From an uncultured Candidatus Saccharibacteria bacterium (lineage in GTDB: Bacteria; Patescibacteriota; Saccharimonadia; Saccharimonadales; JACDBH01): a stretch of DNA of 64,000 nt. Each line of letters begins with the position of its first letter. The first letter of the stretch is position 1. Where the stretch lies: contig CAZXOA010000003.1 in assembly GCA_964642275.1 (NCBI GenBank), positions 5,593 to 69,592 on the forward strand. The letters run 5' to 3'. Below the pieces are notes generated by a model. That model had not been told where the DNA came from and did no database searches. It saw nothing but the letters and a program-made list of their open reading frames with translations. Positions 8,788 to 16,295 of this stretch are shown here, piece by piece. A program made the position numbers and the translations under genes.

Positions 8788-8901
8788 TGAAAATAAACAC
8801 TCTCTTGTCTATCGGAGGATAGATCGCACCTTATGAAACGGTTGTAGCAAATGCTGTAATCTTTTCGTGTGAAAAGACGTGCTATATTGTGCGTCTTTTT
8901 T
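8788..8901 (+). ncRNA. candidate small RNA or attenuated leader (~110 nt) between promoter and terminator
   Basis: Starts downstream of the plus-strand promoter above. Contains hairpin CTATC-GGAG-GATAG. Ends at AAAGACG-N12-CGTCTTT + T-run (8872-8901). No family recognised. Confidence 0.25.
8872..8901 (+). terminator. rho-independent terminator-like hairpin (A-tract upstream, so possibly bidirectional)
   Basis: GAAAAGACG tgctatattgtg CGTCTTTTTT. Confidence 0.5.
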
Positions 8902-9142
8902 CATTTTCACGTGAAGCTGATAACAGAGAAGCGGGGGCAGAACGGGATAAAATGACCGGCTTTATCGCCTCTTAACAACTGTTGGGCAGGTTTTTTGAGC
9001 CAAGGGTAATTTGCTCTAAGCTGAGGCTTCCATTTCGGAAGCGTATCTGTGAATACGATGAAGAAATGTCCTCGGCTTAGGACAAATTACCACTCTCAAA
9101 ATGTCTGCGCGCAAATATAACAGGGGTGATATAATACATTGG

Positions 9143-11704
9143 ATGAAACTCTCAAAAACCTACGAACCTAGCCAATATGAGTCAATGATCTATGAGCTCT
9201 GGGAGCAGAGCGGTGCTTTCAAACCGCGCGAGGGCAGGGAGCCGTTTGTGACTATCATGCCGCCACCAAACGCCAACGCAAACCTGCACATTGGGCACTC
9301 GCTCAACAATGCACTGCAGGATATCGCGGTACGCTACCAGCGTATGCAAGGAAAATCAGCCTTGTTTCTACCAGGGGCAGACCATGCCGGGTTCGAAACG
9401 CAGGTAGTGTACGAAAAGCACCTCGCCAAAGAAGGGAAGAGCCGGTTTGACCTGAGCCGTGAAGAGCTCTACAGCCAGATTTATGATTTTGTCCAAAACA
9501 ACAAGGGTGGATTTGAAAGGCAGCTGCGTACGCTTGGCGCATCAGTAGACTGGAGCCGGTTTACCTTCACGCTTGATGAAAAAGTGGTGAAGACCACCTA
9601 CGGCACCTTCAAGAAGCTGTGGGACGATAAACTTATTTACAGAGGTGAGAGACTGGTCAACTATTGCACCTTCCACCGCACCAGCTTCGCCGATATCGAG
9701 GTGGTGCACGAGGAGACTGCCAGCCCGCTGTACTATCTGAAGTACGGGCCGTTTACGCTGGCAACCACCCGGCCAGAAACCAAATTCGGCGATACTGCCG
9801 TGGCTGTACATCCAGATGACGAACGGTACAAAGAATATATCGGCAAGGTTTTGACGATCGAGGGCTTGAATGGGCCGTTTGAGCTGCGCGTCGTGGCTGA
9901 TGAATATGTTGACCAAGCATTTGGAACGGGGGTAGTAAAGATTACCCCTGCACACGACTTCAACGACTGGGACGTTGCCCAGCGCCACAACCTGGAAGCT
10001 GTCCGGGTCATTAACCATGACGGCACGCTCAACCATAGGGCAGGGAAGTTCGAAGGCATGACAGTGCTTGATGCCCGCAAGGCAGTGGTGAAGGAGCTGA
10101 AAGACAAAGGGCTGCTCGAGAAGATTGATGAGAAGTACCAGAACAGGGTAGGGAAGTGTTACAAATGCGGCACGGTTATCGAGCCGATGCTGATGGACCA
10201 ATGGTTTATCGATATGAAACAGCTTGCCGGGCCTGCCATCAAGGCACTCAAAGCGGATCACATTACCTTTTATCCGAGCTCGAAACGCGACCAGCTGATT
10301 GCCTACCTCGAGAATGTAAAGGATTGGAATATCTCACGGCAGATCGCTTGGGGCATACCGATTCCGGCCTTCCAGAACATCGAAGATACTGACGACTGGA
10401 TATTCGACGAACGGGTTGCCTCCGAAATACTCGAGATAGACGGCAAGACCTACCGGCGTGATCCGGATGTGTTCGACACCTGGTTCAGCTCGGGCCAGTG
10501 GCCATTCGTAACCATGGGCTATCCAGATAACCCTGATTTTGAGCAATTTTATCCCAACACACTCATGGAGACAGGCATCGATATCCTCTACCAGTGGGTA
10601 GGACGCATGATCGTGCTGGGGCTGTATGTGACGGGCAAGATGCCGTTTAAGGATGTCTACCTGCACGGCATGGTGCGCTCTGAGGATGGCCGCAAGATGA
10701 GCAAATCGCTCGGAAATGTCATTGACCCCAAAGAGGTTATTACCTCCCACGGCTCAGACGCGCTGAGAATGGGCATTATCGCTGGACGCAGCGCCGGTTT
10801 TAGCGCTGCGTACGCACCCGGCAAGATCGATGCGGCCCGCAACTTCTGTAACAAGCTCTGGAATGTGGCACGGTTTGTCGAAGGCATCATCGGCGACAGC
10901 TTCGACAGGCGTCACAAACCTGTACCAGAAACTGTTGCGGATCATTGGGTGTTGACTAAACTACAACAATCAATCGAAAAGATCTCTGCTGACCTAGAGA
11001 ACTACCGGTTCTCAGAAGCCTATGACACGCTGTACCATACCGTGTGGGATGATTTTGCCGATTGGTACATCGAGGCCAGCAAGAGCCATCCGAACCATGC
11101 GGTCCTGGCATATTCACTTGAAACCATCCTTAAACTTGCCCATCCGTTTGCACCGTTTGTGACCGAAACCATCTGGCAGACCCTTAAGTGGGAAAAGGAC
11201 ACGCTGTTGATTTCAAGCACATGGCCCACGCTGAAGCCAGGTGACGCTACTCAGACAGCCGCGTTTGAGACTGTTAGAGCCATTGTGAGCGAGGCTAGGG
11301 CCATGGTGCGTAATCTGGTCCTGAGGAGCCCTGAGATGTACTACACGGGCTCAGAATTGCTGAGGGAGCACGGTGCGCTTATCAAGCGTCTTGCTAGGCT
11401 CGAGAGCCTGAGAGAAGTGAGTGATGGTAACGGCTTGCATCTGACAGGGACCACCGAAAACTGCTGGATTGCGGTCGATCAAGAGACGGCAAGTAATTAC
11501 CTTGGCAAATTACAGGAGCAGCAGACCGCAGAAGCCGCCTCTGTACAGAGGCTAAAGGGCCGTCTCAGCAATGATTCCTACGTGAAAAACGCACCCAAGA
11601 AGCTGGTAGACGAAACCAAACAGCAGCTGCACGACAGCGAGCAGCGCCTGCAACAGATCAACACCGAAATCGACAGTTTTTCAGAGGCCAGCAAAACATT
11701 GTAA
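9143..11704 (+). CDS. valS: valine--tRNA ligase
   Basis: Class I motifs NLHIGH and KMSKS. C-terminal coiled coil. ORF track starts at 9101, but MKLSKTYEPSQYESMIYELWE (ATG 9143) matches the usual ValRS N-terminus and sits 7 nt after TGaTATAAT (9127-9135). Confidence 0.95.
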   Translation: MKLSKTYEPSQYESMIYELWEQSGAFKPREGREPFVTIMPPPNANANLHIGHSLNNALQDIAVRYQRMQGKSALFLPGADHAGFETQVVYEKHLAKEGKSRFDLSREELYSQIYDFVQNNKGGFERQLRTLGASVDWSRFTFTLDEKVVKTTYGTFKKLWDDKLIYRGERLVNYCTFHRTSFADIEVVHEETASPLYYLKYGPFTLATTRPETKFGDTAVAVHPDDERYKEYIGKVLTIEGLNGPFELRVVADEYVDQAFGTGVVKITPAHDFNDWDVAQRHNLEAVRVINHDGTLNHRAGKFEGMTVLDARKAVVKELKDKGLLEKIDEKYQNRVGKCYKCGTVIEPMLMDQWFIDMKQLAGPAIKALKADHITFYPSSKRDQLIAYLENVKDWNISRQIAWGIPIPAFQNIEDTDDWIFDERVASEILEIDGKTYRRDPDVFDTWFSSGQWPFVTMGYPDNPDFEQFYPNTLMETGIDILYQWVGRMIVLGLYVTGKMPFKDVYLHGMVRSEDGRKMSKSLGNVIDPKEVITSHGSDALRMGIIAGRSAGFSAAYAPGKIDAARNFCNKLWNVARFVEGIIGDSFDRRHKPVPETVADHWVLTKLQQSIEKISADLENYRFSEAYDTLYHTVWDDFADWYIEASKSHPNHAVLAYSLETILKLAHPFAPFVTETIWQTLKWEKDTLLISSTWPTLKPGDATQTAAFETVRAIVSEARAMVRNLVLRSPEMYYTGSELLREHGALIKRLARLESLREVSDGNGLHLTGTTENCWIAVDQETASNYLGKLQEQQTAEAASVQRLKGRLSNDSYVKNAPKKLVDETKQQLHDSEQRLQQINTEIDSFSEASKTL

Positions 11705-11871
11705 CTATTGACTTATACTGGAATTATTGAGATAATTCGCTGGTTTTGTCGAGTGATTTTATTGCTCCAAAGCACCTTGAAGCGCTACGTTATTCCTTTG
11801 TGATTGGTGACAAGTTTGTAAGATTTTTAGACCGATTTTTACAGGTTTATCTCCAATCACGAAAGGAAATC

Positions 11872-12138
11872 ATGGGAAATAACCAGGCACGGCCGATCGT
11901 AGGCCAGCCCCTGCAAGCTCGGGACGAACAGTATGGCGACGCCGTCACCATCAGCGTTCTCGGTTGCCGCCAGCTCCATGTTGGCGCTGTCCGACCCGGA
12001 GACCAGGTGTCGTATTTTAGTGGCATCGTCGTCTGGGGGCCAGGAACTGGTCGAGTGGTCGAAGGTCACATGGTGACAACCGCTTTGCTCAACTTCGAGC
12101 CTCGTCTGCTGCCTGCCCCCGAAAGGAGCTGGAGGTGA
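11872..12138 (+). CDS. hypothetical protein (88 aa) in the second high-GC islet
   Basis: ATG 11872 preceded by GAAAGGAAATC. GC3-rich codons. The ORF-track TTG start at 11746 lies in lower-GC sequence and looks like an artefactual extension. Confidence 0.4.
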   Translation: MGNNQARPIVGQPLQARDEQYGDAVTISVLGCRQLHVGAVRPGDQVSYFSGIVVWGPGTGRVVEGHMVTTALLNFEPRLLPAPERSWR

Positions 12139-12251
12139 GATGAAAGATCTCGTCTGCTGCCTTTTCGGGCGGCGTACCTGGCCATTTCGGTCCTCGTACC
12201 AATCTTCGGCCTCAGCTTCATTCTCTATCTAGACTCTCAGAAGGAGGTGAC

Positions 12252-12359
12252 ATGGAGAAGCTCGTCACACAGGCGATAGCTGCAGTGGTGATCCTCTTCG
12301 GAGGAATCACCTCAATGGCCATCGCTGGCATGGCGCGTCGGTTCGAGAGCCGTCGCTAG
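12252..12359 (+). CDS. possible 35-aa hydrophobic peptide
   Basis: Strong SD AGAAGGAGGTGAC before the ATG. My translation is MEKLVTQAIAAVVILFGGITSMAIAGMARRFESRR, one TM helix plus a basic tail. Below the ORF-track size cut-off. Confidence 0.3.
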   Translation: MEKLVTQAIAAVVILFGGITSMAIAGMARRFESRR

Positions 12360-12502
12360 CGCTTCAGATAGGAGGGGGAAGGGAATCGGAAGGTTCAAGG
12401 GAAGTTTGTGAACAGTAGTTCGCGCCAACAACCCCCATAACCAACCGACCCAACCCCTCCTGAAGCACCAGAGGAGATAATTCGGTTGTCTCTTGCGGTA
12501 CT

Positions 12503-13402
12503 TTACAGAGAAGCGGCTTGTGATGCTGGAGCAGGGGAAGGCGCTGGCTGTGTGGCAGCTACCCCAGTTTCGGGCTCTAGCGCATCACGCACGCGCGCTA
12601 CGGATTCGTCAGGGCGATAATCGTCAAACCACATGACCTTCCAGCCGAGCTGGCCGGCGGCCATGACATTGGGACGCGAATCATCGATCAGCAGGATTTC
12701 GGCAGCGTCTACGCCTGCCTTCTCCTGAGCGATCTCAAAGATCCGGGACTCCGGCTTGATAGCGTCCACCTGTGATGAGTCAATAATGGCGTCGTATGGC
12801 ACATCGGGCAATAACCCGGAGGTAATCATATCTGCTATAAACCCGGGCATGATGTTGCTGAGCAGACCGATCTTGTAATGCTGCGATGCCCATGCTACTA
12901 CCTCGTGCATCTGCGGAATCGCCTCGACTGCATCCATGTAGTATTGCTTCCAGTCCACCATGATGTGGCAGGTTTCTGCCATGATGCGGTTGAACTCGTC
13001 CAGCGGCATTTCACCGCGACAGACGGCATCGTTGTAGTGCCAAAAGGTGGTTTCTATCAGATCCGCCGAGACGCCGCTGTCGCCCGCTAGACGGTTAAAG
13101 GCCTGATGAAAGAAGCGCACCAGACAGCCGTTGATATCAAAGTAGACAAAGGTAATGCCGCTCTTGCTGCGGCCTTTTTTGACCGGGTCGGGGGCAAAGC
13201 TGCCCATAAGGCTATCAAGCGAGGTGCCAAGCACTTCGGCCAGCCGCTGGATCGTGAAAACCGAAGGGGACTTGATGGCCCCGCGCTCTATCTTGGCCAA
13301 GGTCGAATACGAGATGCCGGCTTTTTGGCATAATTCCTGCTGTGTCAATCCGGCTGCCTGCCTGGCCGTCTGCAGCTGCCTGCCTAAACTCTGTTCATCC
13401 AC
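12503..13402 (-). CDS. XRE-family HTH domain fused to a HAD-like hydrolase domain
   Basis: N-terminus LTQQELCQKAGISYSTLAKIERG is HTH_3-like. C-terminal part has HAD motifs FVYFDINGCL (DxN/DxD-type motif I) and LLIDDSRPNV (motif IV-like). Confidence 0.75.
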   Translation of the reverse strand: MDEQSLGRQLQTARQAAGLTQQELCQKAGISYSTLAKIERGAIKSPSVFTIQRLAEVLGTSLDSLMGSFAPDPVKKGRSKSGITFVYFDINGCLVRFFHQAFNRLAGDSGVSADLIETTFWHYNDAVCRGEMPLDEFNRIMAETCHIMVDWKQYYMDAVEAIPQMHEVVAWASQHYKIGLLSNIMPGFIADMITSGLLPDVPYDAIIDSSQVDAIKPESRIFEIAQEKAGVDAAEILLIDDSRPNVMAAGQLGWKVMWFDDYRPDESVARVRDALEPETGVAATQPAPSPAPASQAASL

Positions 13403-13595
13403 GACCTACGCACCACCCTTTCTCAGACCGAACCTGGCTCGCCGTGAGGCTTCGAGCGCAGACCGTACCCTCTCTACTGTCATTCCTTGGCTGCATTGTC
13501 CCTCCACCTAAATCCCGCCCTCTTTTGACGGAATTCATATAGGACTATGATACCAATGAATCGCGGTTTAGACTAGCAAAAGTTGTATTATCTGG

Positions 13596-13766
13596 CTAGT
13601 TGATCATGTTCGCGACAACAAACATGGTAAGAAAAATAAGGAGCCCAATGATCCCGGCTACCGTGAGAGATACCTTTACCTGGCTGCCGCTCTGCTTCAT
13701 CATCAGGTTGTATACCCAGCCGCCGACACCGAGGGCAAGAAGGAGGGCGATTAGTCCGTTGCTCAT
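13596..13766 (-). CDS. possible small two-TM membrane protein (56 aa)
   Basis: My translation of the minus strand is MSNGLIALLLALGVGGWVYNLMMKQSGSQVKVSLTVAGIIGLLIFLTMFVVANMIN. This is more protein-like than the overlapping 72-aa plus-strand track ORF. Confidence 0.4.
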   Translation of the reverse strand: MSNGLIALLLALGVGGWVYNLMMKQSGSQVKVSLTVAGIIGLLIFLTMFVVANMIN

Positions 13767-13807
13767 AAAATCCTATCTATTACCAAGCCAAGTATACAGG
13801 CAAAGCG

Positions 13808-14212
13808 TTAAAATCTGAGTTTTTCTGCAATTTCTGCTAGTTTTGCATGGTCTGGCTCAGATGGAATAGCGTGGCGGTTCTCGACCGCAGTAAAGTAATC
13901 TTGTTCGCTGCCTGCAGGCATGATGTGTACATGTGCATGCGGCACTTCGTATCCCATAATAACTGTGACTGCCTTGCGCACACCGTATACCCCTTTGATA
14001 CGTGCAGCTACTTTCTTGACAGTACCAAATAATGCCTGATAGTCATCATCTGGGAGCCTTTCGAAGTCATCTACCTGCGTCTTTGGGATAACGAGCGTGT
14101 GACCCTCTATGTAGGGTGCAATGGTCAGAAAGGCGAGTGTTTTGTCGTCTTCATACACTTTGTGACAGGGAATCTCGCCCTTGATAATTTTGGTAAAGAT
14201 TGAATCCTGCAT
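13808..14212 (-). CDS. HIT-family (histidine triad) nucleotide hydrolase
   Basis: 134 aa. Histidine triad HAHVHIMP. N-terminal IFTKIIKGEIP. Confidence 0.9.
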   Translation of the reverse strand: MQDSIFTKIIKGEIPCHKVYEDDKTLAFLTIAPYIEGHTLVIPKTQVDDFERLPDDDYQALFGTVKKVAARIKGVYGVRKAVTVIMGYEVPHAHVHIMPAGSEQDYFTAVENRHAIPSEPDHAKLAEIAEKLRF

Positions 14213-14264
14213 GCGTATTAGTATACCAGAATACCTCTGTTATACTGGAGATTGCCGAGTCTTA

Positions 14265-14298
14265 GGAGAGATGGCTGAGCTGGTTGAACGTGAGGACT
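14265..14298 (+). pseudogene. tRNA-Ser 5'-half-like fragment (acceptor 5' strand + D-arm + start of anticodon arm), no cloverleaf
   Basis: GGAGAGATGGCTGAGCTGGTTGAA matches the first 24 nt of tRNA-Ser(CGA) at 14440 with 1 mismatch. No T-arm or 3' acceptor strand follows. Confidence 0.35.
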
Positions 14299-14439
14299 GC
14301 CAGTGGCAGTTCGGAAACGAATAAACTCTTGCAAACTGGTTTGCAAAGATGTTTTTCGGGGGTCGCCAGAGGTGACCGCGACGTAGTCGTGCGCCGGTGT
14401 GCTTATAACTGTTCCTCTCTCGTATAATATCTCGTGCGG

Positions 14440-14530
14440 GGAGAGGTGGCTGAGCTGGTTGAAGGCGCACGACTCGAAATCGTGTGAGGCGTCAAAACCT
14501 CCGAGGGTTCGAATCCCTCTCTCTCCGCCA
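14440..14530 (+). tRNA. tRNA-Ser (anticodon CGA), CCA encoded
   Basis: Manual cloverleaf: acceptor GGAGAGG/TCTCTCC, anticodon arm CACGA-CTCGAAA-TCGTG, long variable arm, T-arm GAGGG-TTCGAAT-CCCTC. TATAAT at 14423-14428. Confidence 0.9.
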
Positions 14531-14533
14531 TAG

Positions 14534-14563
14534 AAAAACCCTCACCAAATAGTGAGGGTTTTT
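14534..14563. terminator. bidirectional terminator between convergent tRNA genes
   Basis: AAAAACCCTCAC-caaata-GTGAGGGTTTTT. Confidence 0.75.
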
Positions 14564-14566
14564 CTA

Positions 14567-14643
14567 TGGTATACCCGGCAGGATTTGAACCTACGACCTT
14601 CAGTACCGCAAACTGACGCTCTATCCAGCTGAGCTACGGGTAC
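14567..14643 (-). tRNA. tRNA-Arg (anticodon GCG), CCA encoded
   Basis: Reverse complement folds as GTACCCG-TA-GCTC-AGCTGGATA-GAGC-G-TCAGT-TTGCGGT-ACTGA-AGGTC-GTAGG-TTCAAAT-CCTGC-CGGGTAT-A-CCA. G1-U72 wobble. Confidence 0.85.
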
Positions 14644-14690
14644 ACAAACAACAGAGGTAATTCTAGCACATTCTCTGAGTATTTACCAGC

Positions 14691-15323
14691 CTAGAAACGG
14701 AAGCGGCGGGTCAGACTGTCTACAACATCTCGTTTGTATTCCTGATAGGGAAGGTACTCGGCAAGGGTGTTTACGATCTTTTCCTCGTCTTCTGGATCAT
14801 AATGGATCACTAGCGGCGGCATAAAACGGCGCAAGGGTGTAAGCGACAGATAGTGCACAGGTTGATTATCAGCCACCGAAAACGTCTTGAACGTGCCGTA
14901 GGGATAAAGCTTCTGCTCTATATGGATACCCTTATTATCAATCCCATAGGTAAGCACTCTTGGCTGGCGCGCGGCAAACACCCCAATAATAACCCCCAGC
15001 AGAGCGATAACACCAGTCGACACAACATCTCTTGTGACAAAATAAATAACCGCGGCTGTTAGAAACGATGCGAGCACGAGCATCATGAACCAGCCGGTAC
15101 TTTTGGGGTTGGCAGCATACTCTGACGCCGTCCACTCGATATGCGGAAGAACGGTATCAGCGGGCGGGCCGCCTTGGGGGATCTCGTCAGGACCTTCTGG
15201 AGCCTCCGGCTCGGCCGAGGCCGCGACCGCAAGGATACCTACCTCCGGAGCATCCTCTTGCTTCTGCCCGGGATCACCGGGGCGAAACACCCAGCCCGGC
15301 TCTCCTGTATCACCATCTTGCAT
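14691..15323 (-). CDS. hypothetical two-TM membrane protein (210 aa) with acidic/Pro-rich N-terminus
   Basis: ORF track. TM helices WFMMLVLASFLTAAVIYFV and GVIALLGVIIGVFAA. C-terminal soluble domain. No family firmly recognised. Confidence 0.7.
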   Translation of the reverse strand: MQDGDTGEPGWVFRPGDPGQKQEDAPEVGILAVAASAEPEAPEGPDEIPQGGPPADTVLPHIEWTASEYAANPKSTGWFMMLVLASFLTAAVIYFVTRDVVSTGVIALLGVIIGVFAARQPRVLTYGIDNKGIHIEQKLYPYGTFKTFSVADNQPVHYLSLTPLRRFMPPLVIHYDPEDEEKIVNTLAEYLPYQEYKRDVVDSLTRRFRF

Positions 15324-15325
15324 AC

Positions 15326-15640
15326 CTAGTAGTAGACTTTCTGCTGGCCTAAATCAGCCGTATTTTTCATATAATCTCGCAACATTCTTCTGAGAGCTAG
15401 TCTTCCTTGGGTTGTCTTTAGATAAGTCTCACGGCGCCTGGCGTCTGCTTCTTCTTTATATGCTTCGTAGAACACGAGTTCCCAAGGAAGCAGGTGCTTC
15501 GTGGACTGATTTAGGCCCTTATTGTGTTCCATTACCCTCTGCTTCAAGTTAGACGAATAGCCAACGTAAAAACTACCATTTACCACCGATTTTAAGTAAT
15601 AAACATAATGGAACACTGCAGAAAGCTCACTACTAGGCAT
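15326..15640 (-). CDS. GIY-YIG nuclease-domain protein
   Basis: 104 aa. YVYYLKS...GSFYVGYSSNLKQRVMEHN matches the GIY-YIG motif layout. TACAAT (15653-15648) lies 7 nt before the ATG. Confidence 0.85.
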   Translation of the reverse strand: MPSSELSAVFHYVYYLKSVVNGSFYVGYSSNLKQRVMEHNKGLNQSTKHLLPWELVFYEAYKEEADARRRETYLKTTQGRLALRRMLRDYMKNTADLGQQKVYY

Positions 15641-15749
15641 ATGGTTTATTGTACCACTAGGAATTGCGAGAAGAGAAGAGCTGGAATTTTTGGCCAGAGC
15701 CCTGTATAATCAACCCCTGTTACGAGGTGTTTCCGCATTGTGCACATAC

Positions 15750-15842
15750 GGAGAGGTACCCAAGTGGCTGAAGGGGACGGTTTGCTAAATCGTTAGTGGG
15801 GCGAGAGTTCCAGCGAGGGTTCGAATCCCTCTCTCTCCGCCA
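15750..15842 (+). tRNA. tRNA-Ser (anticodon GCU), CCA encoded
   Basis: Acceptor GGAGAGG/TCTCTCC. Anticodon arm ACGGT-TTGCTAA-ATCGT. Long variable arm. T-arm GAGGG-TTCGAAT-CCCTC. Confidence 0.9.
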
Positions 15843-15872
15843 GATATATGCACAGAAGAACATCTCTTACGT

Positions 15873-15962
15873 GGAGAGATGACCGAGCGGTTGAAGGTAG
15901 CTGTCTTGAAAACAGCCGTGCCGGAAACGGTACCGTGGGTTCGAATCCCACTCTCTCCGCCA
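15873..15962 (+). tRNA. tRNA-Ser (anticodon UGA), CCA encoded
   Basis: Acceptor GGAGAGA/TCTCTCC. Anticodon arm GCTGT-CTTGAAA-ACAGC. Variable arm CGTGCCGGAAACGGTACC. T-arm GTGGG-TTCGAAT-CCCAC. Confidence 0.9.
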
Positions 15963-15963
15963 A

Positions 15964-15997
15964 TCTAAAAACCCACCTTCGCGGTGGGTTTTTAGAT
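15964..15997 (+). terminator. rho-independent terminator after the tRNA-Ser pair
   Basis: TCTAAAAACCCACC-TTCGC-GGTGGGTTTTTAGA. Confidence 0.8.
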
Positions 15998-16295
15998 TGC
16001 TATATTTCTATCTTTGCTCAAGTGACGGTCGCAAGACTACCTGCGGAGTAAGGCCCTGGATCTCGAGTATTCCTCTTCCAAGCGCACCTGTGACGACCCA
16101 GCTTACGTGTCTCTTATCCATAAAATCACTTAAATCTAAGATCTGCCAACGAAACAAAACCTTCGCACCCGTCTAGATACGATTTAGGGAGCTCTCTATC
16201 GAGATCTGCTTGAGGACTTCGCTCATAGTCTCGTACCGGATTATCAAGAGGGAACCTGTCAGCTGAACATACTGTCATAAGCCGAGTATATTCCC

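Noticed and set aside
8903-9100. T-box riboswitch upstream of valS
   Set aside because: I could not find the conserved T-box sequence (AANNNGGGTGGTACCGCG-like) or a specifier loop presenting a GUN codon. Only a generic multi-hairpin structure is present.
9542-10261. 239-aa minus-strand ORF inside valS
   Set aside because: It is antisense to valS with no motifs, and the valS frame is unambiguous (HIGH, KMSKS).
13600-13818. 72-aa plus-strand track ORF
   Set aside because: The opposite strand encodes a cleaner 56-aa two-TM peptide (13596-13766). The plus-frame product is Arg/Pro/Thr-rich and overlaps the HIT gene end.
14240-14470. 76-aa minus-strand ORF across the tRNA-Ser region
   Set aside because: It overlaps an intact tRNA gene and the tRNA-like fragment, and its Arg/Pro-rich translation suggests it is spurious.
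16000-16295. Remnant of an integrated element downstream of the tRNA-Ser pair (short minus-strand ORFs of ~49 and ~37 aa)
   Set aside because: There is no integrase, no direct repeat of the tRNA 3' end and no recognisable domains. The ORFs are too short and lack start signals, so the stretch is left as unannotated spacer.
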